Positions 1 to 7,903 of a stretch of 18,170 nt of DNA are shown one piece after another. Made by a program: the position numbers and the translations under genes. The stretch covers positions 1 through 18,170 of the forward strand of contig JBBQPO010000114.1 of assembly GCA_038217285.1 (NCBI GenBank), written 5' to 3'. Source of the stretch: Chthonomonadales bacterium. Lineage in GTDB: Bacteria; Armatimonadota; Chthonomonadetes; Chthonomonadales; Chthonomonadaceae. The stretch's first letter is position 1. Every line of letters starts with the position of its first letter. The notes below the pieces were generated by a model. That model was not told where the DNA came from, did not search any database, and saw nothing but the letters and a program-made list of their open reading frames with translations.

Positions 1-1
1 G

Positions 2-592
2 CATAAAGAAATAGAACAGCGCGGAGGCACTCTCTCTCTCGCACTCGTTTCACGGGCGATCCATCAACTGGAAGCAGAACTTATTCTCCTTCCGGAATCG
101 AGAACGCGAGTCCGATTGGTTCAGCCGGAAAAACTGCTCAAAAGACTGCAAAGTGAGTCTGTACCACAACGTGTGATACAGACGTGGAAGGGGCGTATTG
201 GGATACCAACCGGAGAACTCTTGCCCACGCTCTTTCAAATTGCGGCCAAAAACGATCTTCCGATAGCGATGACTGGGATTGGCTCTGCGGCCCACTATAC
301 CAATATGAGTGCAGGTGACATCATCAGGATCTATGCGGATAGTGTCGATCTTTTGCTTCAATCGCTTCCGGTAAAACCTGGAGAGCGATTTGCCAATCTG
401 GAAATCCAGGTTCCTCGCGATCCCATCGTCTATTTCGATACCGAGCGAGACGAACAGGGTGTTTTATGGGCTTCCCCTATACAAACCTATTTGGAGATGA
501 CTCAGAGCGGGGATGCACGCCTTGAAGACAGTGCCGACAGTTTGCGGAAAGACATTCTTTCCGCCCTTATACACCTGGAGGAGACGCGATGA
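2..592 (+). CDS. AbiEi-like type IV TA antitoxin / transcriptional regulator, 5'-truncated by the window edge
   Basis: The frame of ORF 116..592 is open back to base 2 (HKEIEQRGGTLSLALVSRAIHQLEAELILL..RVRLVQPEKLL, winged-HTH-like). The C-terminus ASPIQTYLEM..GDARLEDSADSLR resembles AbiEi-type antitoxins. ATGA overlap (589-592) with the nucleotidyltransferase gene. Confidence 0.7.
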   Translation, partial: HKEIEQRGGTLSLALVSRAIHQLEAELILLPESRTRVRLVQPEKLLKRLQSESVPQRVIQTWKGRIGIPTGELLPTLFQIAAKNDLPIAMTGIGSAAHYTNMSAGDIIRIYADSVDLLLQSLPVKPGERFANLEIQVPRDPIVYFDTERDEQGVLWASPIQTYLEMTQSGDARLEDSADSLRKDILSALIHLEETR

Positions 593-1485
593 CTCCGATA
601 GATTTAAGCGCCACTCCTTTTGCTCCACTCTCCGCACATCTCCTCGATCTGCTTCAGGCGCTGGAAGGACAAGAGATCCCCTTAATCCTTGTCGGCGGCT
701 TCGGCCTTTACCTTCGACGACAGATTGCAGTCCAGACAGGAAGCGCAACTCTCTATGAGGTGATTCCGGAACCGCGCACGACCGAAGACCTGGACTTTGT
801 TCTGAAGTTGCAGCTTATGGCAGATGTGTCTAAAATGGCAGGATTGCGGACAGCGCTCGATAGCCTGGGATATGAGGTCGTTGAGAGTGCGAAAGAGTAT
901 CAGTTCCGCAAGCCTGGGACAGTATGGGGAAGTCACCGAAATGTAAAAATAGATCTGATGGCACGTTCCCCAGAAGAGGGAGACCCGAAACTCCATATCG
1001 GCGGGCGACGCTTGATGCCAAAAAAACAGAATAATCCTCTGCACGCCTTTCGGACACCGGAGGCAATTGCTGTTGAAGAGAATTTACAGGAGGTATCCCT
1101 CTCAGGATTATGCACGTCCGGTAAATCATATACGGGAACGATCTACCTACCCGCATCCTTTGCGCTGTTCCTGATGAAACTATTCGCTTTCCGTGATGAG
1201 CAAATAGAGCAGAAGGGGCCGAATCGAGAGCAATACGCCCGAAAGCACGCCATTGATCTGTATACGATCAGCGCCCTGCTGACAGCGGAAGAGTACGATA
1301 CCCTCCCGACCTACCGAGAGAAATATGGGTCACATCCTGTAGCCCAGGAAGCGAAAATGATTGTGTCTGAATACTTCGCACGTCGGGACTCACCTGGCGC
1401 AATACGTCTTCAAGAACATCCCGACTTTCCCACCGTGAACCAATTGGACGATTTTTTAAGCCTGCTCGCAGAGATCTTTACATAG
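589..1485 (+). CDS. AbiEii/AbiGii-like nucleotidyltransferase toxin (type IV TA)
   Basis: Pol-beta-superfamily NTase motifs LVGGFGL...RTTEDLDF and KIDLM; C-terminal MKLFAFRD...KHAIDLY (K...D pattern of AbiEii-like proteins). RBS GGAGGAG upstream; coupled to the antitoxin gene. Confidence 0.75.
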   Translation: MTPIDLSATPFAPLSAHLLDLLQALEGQEIPLILVGGFGLYLRRQIAVQTGSATLYEVIPEPRTTEDLDFVLKLQLMADVSKMAGLRTALDSLGYEVVESAKEYQFRKPGTVWGSHRNVKIDLMARSPEEGDPKLHIGGRRLMPKKQNNPLHAFRTPEAIAVEENLQEVSLSGLCTSGKSYTGTIYLPASFALFLMKLFAFRDEQIEQKGPNREQYARKHAIDLYTISALLTAEEYDTLPTYREKYGSHPVAQEAKMIVSEYFARRDSPGAIRLQEHPDFPTVNQLDDFLSLLAEIFT

Positions 1486-1557
1486 CATTTAGAATGACCC
1501 CCTGCTAATACTGATTCACACAAAGGGGTGACAACAATTGCACGTAGATTGTCATAT

Positions 1558-3426
1558 TCATGCTTCTTCGTTTGCTTCTCCCACTTTATCGGCACCTTCC
1601 TCGGGCTCGGATGGAATTGCCTCTTCATTGTTATCATAACGTACTTTAGCCATTGGGAGGTAGAGGATATGGAGCGTAAGCCACCAAAGGTAGACACACG
1701 GAAAGGAGGCAAATGAATTGTAATCGAGGAGGCCGTGTGCCAGATCGTTACGCAGGTTCGAGCCATATCTCTCAATGAGAAGTCCCCTTAGATCGAATAT
1801 AAGGTCCTCACCGAAGACGCTTTTTAGGGGATCAGCGAACTCGGGCAGGCGCAGAGTACGGTTCAGATCGCGCTCATCCTGAATGCCTTCATCGTCAAGT
1901 CCGGACGTAATAATCCCTAATTCCCCAAGAACATGCCTTATAGAGTGTTCGATCTGTGGTATAAGAAGGTGCATTGCTACTGTCCAGTCTTGGCGGAAGC
2001 CTGCGTGGAGGCCGCGTACATAGAACTCTTCGCGCCCGTTCGGGATTAAGGGATTATCGCGCAAGATAACCCTTAAGTCGTTCTCGGCAATCGTGTGTTC
2101 CCGCAGAATCTGAGTGAGAGCAGGGATGATCATACTTTGTACGAGGATAGTATGACTAAGGCTGGCTGCCTTATACATCGTGATGCGTAAGTCAGCTTCC
2201 TGCTCTTCTTCGCCTTCGTCGGGCAGATCCCGGCGCGCTACCGTGCGGCCCATGGCGTTAGTGAAACGCGTAACCCCAATGAGTTCAAGGATGGAGTCTT
2301 GTCGCTGGAGTTCGGCCTGCCTTTTCAGGTTTTCTAGCTGTGGAGGCGAACCAATCATGGCAAGCTCAAATAGGGCGTCGTAGACATTTTTGCCCGCAAC
2401 CTTTTCTGTCGCTGCCGTAATTAACTTTGAGGCATCGTACTCGTAAGAGAGAACCTTCATCTCTGCATTAGAGTTCTCCTGTGACTCAAGAAGCATACGA
2501 TGTAAGTCCGCTATTCGTGTACTCTGCTCTGCGATTTTGCGGAAGGCATGTATGGCGCACTCGATGAGGTGGGAGGCTGCGATATAGCTTTGATTGCCTG
2601 TAGGGTCATTCACCTGCGCCTCCGCCTCCCGTACGTAAGTCTCGGCGCTCCGTACACGAGCAGCCTTTTCCTGTACCTCATCCTTTGCTGTCCTGAACCA
2701 ATCTGCTACGAGTATCCAGTATTCGCGTGCTTGGTGCCAATCGCCCCGTCCCTCAGCGGCAGTAGCAAAAATCTCACTAAGAGTGGCATACTTCGCCGAG
2801 TCACCTGCCTTACGTTCAAGCAACATACGCATTAATCGGAGAGGCAGAAAAAACGTTTCTGTGCCATTGAAGACGGTGAGTGCAACTTCGACGCGTTGTA
2901 TTACTTTCTCAATCAGATCGCGTTGGTTAGCCTGTGCGGCGATTGAGACCGCCCGCTCCATTCGGCGAGTCGATTCAGACCATTGTTTGCGCTCGCCTAT
3001 TCCTGCTGAGTTGATGTAGGCCAAGGCAGCCGTACGGGCAGCTCTGAAATTGTGCTTTCGCAGCCAAATGACGTCAGCGACGCGAGCTGCTAGCTCGTCG
3101 TCATCAATGTGCGGGAGAAAGCTTTCAAGTAGTTCCATCGCAGGATCGAAATCACTGCACATGGCACTCCGTCCCTCCGGTCCCTGAAACATCGGCTTGA
3201 GTGGATCTGCTGTATCGTCTTTGGATACACGCATGGAGGTAAGGTGGGCAAGCAACTCCAATGCTTTGGCCCGCTTCTCATTCCCTTCTGTACGTGCCTC
3301 CTCTGCCTTGCTGCCAAAGGCTGCCGTGTAGGAGATGCAATCGCCCTCTTCCATGTTAGCGATTATTTCGCGCCAACCCGACTCCCTCAAATCATCAACT
3401 GTCAACTCATCCATAGAAAGCTGCAT
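1558..3426 (-). CDS. DUF4209-domain protein with C-terminal HEPN-like RxxxxH motif (putative ribonuclease/defence effector)
   Basis: 622-aa ORF. The C-terminal HLLIPQIEHSIR...FDLRGLL..YGSNLRNDLAHGLL..YLWWLTL segment matches the DUF4209 pattern; RNDLAH = Rx4H. Helical, TPR-like N-terminal half. RBS-like GGAAGGAAG before the ATG. Confidence 0.75.
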   Translation of the reverse strand: MQLSMDELTVDDLRESGWREIIANMEEGDCISYTAAFGSKAEEARTEGNEKRAKALELLAHLTSMRVSKDDTADPLKPMFQGPEGRSAMCSDFDPAMELLESFLPHIDDDELAARVADVIWLRKHNFRAARTAALAYINSAGIGERKQWSESTRRMERAVSIAAQANQRDLIEKVIQRVEVALTVFNGTETFFLPLRLMRMLLERKAGDSAKYATLSEIFATAAEGRGDWHQAREYWILVADWFRTAKDEVQEKAARVRSAETYVREAEAQVNDPTGNQSYIAASHLIECAIHAFRKIAEQSTRIADLHRMLLESQENSNAEMKVLSYEYDASKLITAATEKVAGKNVYDALFELAMIGSPPQLENLKRQAELQRQDSILELIGVTRFTNAMGRTVARRDLPDEGEEEQEADLRITMYKAASLSHTILVQSMIIPALTQILREHTIAENDLRVILRDNPLIPNGREEFYVRGLHAGFRQDWTVAMHLLIPQIEHSIRHVLGELGIITSGLDDEGIQDERDLNRTLRLPEFADPLKSVFGEDLIFDLRGLLIERYGSNLRNDLAHGLLDYNSFASFPCVYLWWLTLHILYLPMAKVRYDNNEEAIPSEPEEGADKVGEANEEA

Positions 3427-3466
3427 GATCTTCCTTCCAGAGTTATATCTTAACGAGATCGGTTAG

Positions 3467-6400
3467 CTATTTCCCCAGCAGGATTGATATGGCCTTTTCG
3501 AGTTGGGGGTCGCGTTGGGCGAGCCAGTCTTCGTTGGTGAGGGGGACGAGGATGTCGGGCTGTTCGCCCATGTCTTCCATGGGAGAGCCGTCCGCGCGGA
3601 AGACGCCGCTGCCGGGCATACGGGCGGAGGTACCGTCCACGAGAGACCAGCCGGAGGTCCAGATGACGTAGCCGGGAGTAGGCGTTCCGACCAGTTTGGC
3701 CAAGCCGGCAGCGCGCATTCCGTAGGGGAACATCTCGGCGTTCGAGTAGGAGTGATCGTTCATGAGAACGACGATAGGCTTCTTCCAGCCGCGTCCAGGC
3801 GCGGGGCCGGGGTAGCCGTCACGTGGGAAGTAGGTTCCGTACGGCTTCGTGCCGAGCCAGTTGATGAGCGTATCCGAGATGTTGCCGCCGCCGTTGTTAC
3901 GGACATCGATGATGACCCCTGCCTTGCCCTCCGCGTATTCGTAGAGCTCCTTGTCGAACAGGTCTTGATTGGCGCCGCCCATCCCGGCGATATGCACGTA
4001 GGCGAGCTGCCCTTTGCTCTCCGTCTCCACCGTTTTCTGCGCGAGCTCGATCCGGTTGCGGTAGTGAAGATCGGTCCACTCCCCCGGTGTGAGCGCTTTG
4101 TACTTCACCGTTCGCGCCCCGTCCCGGCCGGGCTTGCTGTTCACGAGCAGCACGAAGTCGCGGTCGCCCTTGTCGTTGAGGAGCGTGAACAGGTTCTCAT
4201 CCAGCGTGACATCCTTGCCGTCCACCGCGACGATGTACTCGCCCGGCTTGATTCGGGTGGCCTCATAGGAGCCAGGTGCGCGCTTCGGCACATCCCGCAC
4301 GCGGATGCCAGGGCCTTCGTAGCTGTAGTCGAAGTAGACGCCGAGGTTGTAGGTCGTCGGGCCAGCGAACGCTTTCGGCCCAGGGCCTACCTCCGAGTGG
4401 CTCGCCTCCAACTCGCCGATCATCATGTTCAGGAGGACGGCGAACTCGTCTTTTGTCCCGACTCCGTCGAGAAGCGGCTCGTACCGCGCGCGGATCGCGG
4501 CCCAGTCGCGACCGTGGAAATTCGGATCGTAGAACCGGCGGTTATAGCCGCGCCAGAACTCGATGAAGGCCGCTTTCCGTTCCGCCCGCACATCGCGATC
4601 CCATCGCGCGATGAATGTCACCGGCGCGAGCACATTGTTCTTCATCGTGAAGGTGGTGAGGCCGCCGGATTTCAGCATGAAGAGCTGGCTGCTATCGGGG
4701 GAGACGCGCAGATGCGAGATTCCGCCGCCGGTCGTGAGCCGCTTGACCTCTTTGCCGTCGTAGCTCGCCGTCCAGGCGTCGCCCTCGGAGACGAAGAAGA
4801 TCTTACCGTCCGCCGTGACCGTCAGATCGGCCTGCGGCGACTGCGCGGCGATCTTCCGGATGCGGTACTGCGTGTCCGTGAAGTCGATCTCCACCGTCAC
4901 GGGCGCTTTCGGCTTCTCCCACTTTACCTCCAGCTCATCGGCAGGAGCGGACTCCTGCTTGAGCGGCAGCACATAGAGGCCAGCCCCCTGGCGGTCGGAG
5001 GAGAAGAAGAGGAACTTGCCGTCCGGCGACCAGAAGGGCATGCCGTGATAGGCGTGGAGACGGGTGACATTGACGGGGACGCCCGTCCCATTGGCAGGCG
5101 CTATCCAGATATTCCGCCCGCCCGATTCAATGCCCGGACGGGTAAACGCGATCCACTTCATGTCGGGTGACCAGGAGAGGTCTCCCTGCGCCGACGTCGG
5201 GAGCGCGACAATTCGCTTCGGCGCGACATTGGCCTGATCGACGGCAAGCGGCTTGACGTAGAAACCACCGGGACTGTTCGGCCCGACCGGCCCGCTCACC
5301 CAGAAACCGAGCCATTTCTTATCGGGCGAGAGCACCGGATCGGAAGCATCCTGGTCGCCCGTCCAGATCGGCTTGACCGTCTTTGTCGCGGCATCGACGG
5401 AGTAGAGGCGGTCGTTGTTCTCCCGGTCGGAGACGAAGTAGAGCAGTTTGTTGTCGGGTGACCAGACGAAGTCGCGGTCCGAACCGGGCCAGTCGGTGAG
5501 GCGAACGGCGTCGTCCGCGCCGCGTGTTTTCGGCTTCTCCAGCGGAATCGTCCAGATATCGCCGCGAACGCCGAATGCGAACGTCTTCCCGTCCGGGCTT
5601 ATCTCGGCCTCGCCCGCGCCTCCGGTCAGAGTCTCCTTCTGCACGTTATTGAGCTTGTCTCCCGCGCCGGCGTAGAGCACGATCCGCTCCGGTTTAGACG
5701 TCCCTTTCCGCATCAGGAAGAGGTCTTTGTCGTACTCGAACGCCATATCCCCGGACTGAGTCGCGACGGCTGGGAACCGCACGCTGCCCCCGACAAAGTG
5801 CGTGAGTTGTTTGGGCTTGCCGCCGGCTGTGGGAAACGCCCAGAGGTTCGGGGTGCGGAGGGCGCTGTCTTGCAGGCGTGGAAGCGGCTTGTTGAGCCAC
5901 TGCGCGTTGGGAGTCGCCTCTCCGACCGTCACGGCGACCACCGTTTTGTTGTCCGGGAGATAGTGCGGCCAGAGGTTCTGCCTGTCGTTGGAAGTCAGGG
6001 CGGTGCGTCTGCCCGTCGCGGCGTCCATCGTCCAGAGCTGTGATGCGGCCGATCCCGTGTAGCGCGGGCGCGTCCAGGGGAACCCGTAACGCTGAAAGAC
6101 GAGTTTTTGCCCGTCCGGCGACCAGGCCGCTCGTCCGAGAGGATCCATATCCTCGGTCAGCTTCTTGATCCGCAGCGAGACGACATCGAGCGCGTAGAGT
6201 GTGCTGTTGGGATGATCGTAGGAGGTGGTGAAGAGGAGAGTTTTGCCATCCGGCGACCAGTCGGTCACGATCTCCGCAGCGGAGGAGAAGGTCATCTGCC
6301 GCGAGTCGCCGCCGACAGCCGGAACGACGTAGATGTCCCAGTTACCGTTGCGCAGAGAGGAGTACGCGATCCAGTTGCCGTCCGGCGAAAAGACAGGGTA

Positions 6401-6631
6401 GGCGTCCAGCTCCTCGTGACTGGTGACGGGCACGGCGTGGCCACCTGTCGCGTCGGCGACCCAGACGTCGCCTCTCCAGACGAACGCGATCCGTTTGCCG
6501 TTCGAGGAGAGCGTAGGCATTCGTGCGCCTGCGAGCGGCTTCTGCTCGGGCGGCGGGAGCTGAGCGCCGGCATAGATGCCAGCGCACAACAGGAAACTGC
6601 ACAGGGCGGCCATGACTGTAAAACGTTTCAT
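3467..6631 (-). CDS. Secreted tricorn-like S41 family serine peptidase (PD40 beta-propellers, PDZ, S41 catalytic domain)
   Basis: Signal peptide MKRFTVMAALCSFLLCAGIYAGA; many WSPDG/FSPDG repeats; ELEASHS (catalytic His region), DVRNNGGG, SYSNAEMF (catalytic Ser region), GEQPDI. Start placed at ATG 6631 because GAGGT lies upstream. Confidence 0.9.
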   Translation of the reverse strand: MKRFTVMAALCSFLLCAGIYAGAQLPPPEQKPLAGARMPTLSSNGKRIAFVWRGDVWVADATGGHAVPVTSHEELDAYPVFSPDGNWIAYSSLRNGNWDIYVVPAVGGDSRQMTFSSAAEIVTDWSPDGKTLLFTTSYDHPNSTLYALDVVSLRIKKLTEDMDPLGRAAWSPDGQKLVFQRYGFPWTRPRYTGSAASQLWTMDAATGRRTALTSNDRQNLWPHYLPDNKTVVAVTVGEATPNAQWLNKPLPRLQDSALRTPNLWAFPTAGGKPKQLTHFVGGSVRFPAVATQSGDMAFEYDKDLFLMRKGTSKPERIVLYAGAGDKLNNVQKETLTGGAGEAEISPDGKTFAFGVRGDIWTIPLEKPKTRGADDAVRLTDWPGSDRDFVWSPDNKLLYFVSDRENNDRLYSVDAATKTVKPIWTGDQDASDPVLSPDKKWLGFWVSGPVGPNSPGGFYVKPLAVDQANVAPKRIVALPTSAQGDLSWSPDMKWIAFTRPGIESGGRNIWIAPANGTGVPVNVTRLHAYHGMPFWSPDGKFLFFSSDRQGAGLYVLPLKQESAPADELEVKWEKPKAPVTVEIDFTDTQYRIRKIAAQSPQADLTVTADGKIFFVSEGDAWTASYDGKEVKRLTTGGGISHLRVSPDSSQLFMLKSGGLTTFTMKNNVLAPVTFIARWDRDVRAERKAAFIEFWRGYNRRFYDPNFHGRDWAAIRARYEPLLDGVGTKDEFAVLLNMMIGELEASHSEVGPGPKAFAGPTTYNLGVYFDYSYEGPGIRVRDVPKRAPGSYEATRIKPGEYIVAVDGKDVTLDENLFTLLNDKGDRDFVLLVNSKPGRDGARTVKYKALTPGEWTDLHYRNRIELAQKTVETESKGQLAYVHIAGMGGANQDLFDKELYEYAEGKAGVIIDVRNNGGGNISDTLINWLGTKPYGTYFPRDGYPGPAPGRGWKKPIVVLMNDHSYSNAEMFPYGMRAAGLAKLVGTPTPGYVIWTSGWSLVDGTSARMPGSGVFRADGSPMEDMGEQPDILVPLTNEDWLAQRDPQLEKAISILLGK

Positions 6632-6638
6632 ATTTTGT

Positions 6639-6687
6639 AGAGACCTCAATTTTGGAATAGAGTGTACATTGCCGGAAGTCGATAGGA
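6639..6687 (-). repeat. 49-bp leader direct repeat, copy 1 (contains the RBS of the tricorn gene)
   Basis: agagacctcaattttggaatagagtgtacattgccggaagtcgatagga; 44/49 identical to 7669-7717. Confidence 0.95.
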
Positions 6688-6689
6688 GT

Positions 6690-7661
6690 CTATAGGCCCG
6701 GATACCAGCGTTGGGAGTTGGTGCAGTAGATTTTATCCAGAATCGCGTCCGGTAGTCCTAAGCCTTGCACGGTATGACGTCCCACTTTCACGTCTCCCTC
6801 GTTTTCGAAGAACTCGGTATATTCTCGATAGGTCTCTGCGGCGTAGTTCAGGAAGCCTGTCTGCTTTTCAGGCGGCATTTTGGAGACCGCGCCTGCCACA
6901 AGATCGGTTCCCCATAAGATGCGGTCCTGATATTGGATGCAGAATCGACGCACCCTGGAGGTGTCTTGTAGGGCGAAATCGGTGAGGCGTGCGGAGATAT
7001 CTACCACAAAATTCGGGTACTGGTCGAAGCGTTTTGCGACCTCGTCCACGTCGTATTCCAGACTGCCGAGGTGTGCCCCGACCACACGCAGAGCGGGATG
7101 TTGCGCGGCCACAGCATCGCGCGCCGCAATCAACTCCTGATGGGTGGGCATGTCGGTGCGCCCAAACATATGCCACTCTGGATGCTGGCTATAGTAGCCA
7201 TAGTGGGGACTGCCCTCTTTGAGCGGAAGCCAGCACTCCAACGGCTCCGCGATATGCATGAGGAGGGTCTTGTTCCGGCCAGCGATATAGGCGAAGATGG
7301 GCTGGAGGAGAGGATCGTTGGGAAGAACATGCTCCCCGTTGGGGTGACGCACCTCCATCCCGAAGTTTTTCCAGATTTTGCAGGCTACGGCGCCGTCGGT
7401 AAAGTCCTGCTCTAACCCTTGAAGGACTTTCTCGACATATTTCGGATCATCGAAGCGGGGCAGGTCAAACGTCGTACACCATCCAAAGCGATCCGGCTGC
7501 GATTTCGCGAGGGGCGCGTAAGCTTCCACTTGCGCTCTCCATGCCCCATGTGCATCTTCCGCCACGCAGATATTCATATACTTCAGGTCATATCGCTCCA
7601 TGAGCGCCTGCGATTCCGGAGTGTCCGCCGCGACGTGCAGATGCGCATCTATTCTTTTCAT
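6690..7661 (-). CDS. Amidohydrolase_2 family metal-dependent hydrolase
   Basis: MKRIDAHLH (HxH), KIWK, LMHIAEP, GAHLGS, DISAR and LWGTD motifs. Start placed at ATG 7661 (RBS GAGGT upstream); the 97-codon extension to 7952 crosses the promoter region and overlaps the divergent gene. Confidence 0.85.
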   Translation of the reverse strand: MKRIDAHLHVAADTPESQALMERYDLKYMNICVAEDAHGAWRAQVEAYAPLAKSQPDRFGWCTTFDLPRFDDPKYVEKVLQGLEQDFTDGAVACKIWKNFGMEVRHPNGEHVLPNDPLLQPIFAYIAGRNKTLLMHIAEPLECWLPLKEGSPHYGYYSQHPEWHMFGRTDMPTHQELIAARDAVAAQHPALRVVGAHLGSLEYDVDEVAKRFDQYPNFVVDISARLTDFALQDTSRVRRFCIQYQDRILWGTDLVAGAVSKMPPEKQTGFLNYAAETYREYTEFFENEGDVKVGRHTVQGLGLPDAILDKIYCTNSQRWYPGL

Positions 7662-7668
7662 GGTTGGG

Positions 7669-7717
7669 AGAGACCTCAATTTTGGGATAGGGTTTACGTC
7701 GCCGGAAGTCGATAGGA
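7669..7717 (-). repeat. 49-bp leader direct repeat, copy 2 (contains the RBS of the amidohydrolase gene)
   Basis: agagacctcaattttgggatagggtttacgtcgccggaagtcgatagga; 44/49 identical to 6639-6687, at the same distance from its ATG. Confidence 0.95.
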
Positions 7718-7738
7718 ACCGCCGACGATGATCGGTAT

Positions 7739-7768
7739 AGTATAGCAAAAAAGCCGCTTTAGTGCCTA
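7739..7768 (-). promoter_or_regulatory. Putative sigma70 extended -10 promoter for amidohydrolase/tricorn genes
   Basis: Minus strand TG-C-TATACT (7747-7739) with a weak -35 TAGGCA (7768-7763), 18-nt spacer, just upstream of leader repeat copy 2. Confidence 0.55.
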
Positions 7769-7903
7769 CTACGGATGTAAACTCTACAGTTACTGGGCGT
7801 AGCAGGAGGACAGGGTGCGGACGCCGAACAGAGGGGATCATAGCTGCAGCCGGAGCGAAGTGGACGGATCGCTTCCAACCAAACCCCAAGCAGGAGACAG
7901 GTG

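Noticed and set aside
30-40. (CT)n tract in the antitoxin gene as a phase-variation site
   Set aside because: Only 11 nt, and it encodes an ordinary TLSL helix start; the frame is intact.
1497-1554. Short inverted repeats in the convergent gap (ACCCC/GGGGT; TGACAA-N14-TTGTCA)
   Set aside because: Arms are only 5-6 bp with long loops and no U-tract; not enough to call a terminator or binding site.
1528-1716. 62-aa hydrophobic + strand ORF (possible small membrane toxin)
   Set aside because: Almost entirely antisense to the 3' end of the DUF4209 gene; hydrophobicity is explained by the complementary Glu/Lys/Asn codons.
3427-3466. CTAAC...GTTAAG motif before the DUF4209 gene as a cassette recombination scar
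   Set aside because: Too short and off-consensus, with no matching site after the gene.
3503-5170. 555-aa + strand ORF (also 11517..12734, 12768..14516, 14798..16027)
   Set aside because: Antisense shadows of well-supported GC-rich genes; codon bias suppresses stops on the opposite strand, and no recognisable motifs.
6639-7717. CRISPR array or IS interpretation of the 49-bp repeats
   Set aside because: Only two copies separated by a whole gene; no cas or transposase gene and no terminal inverted repeats.
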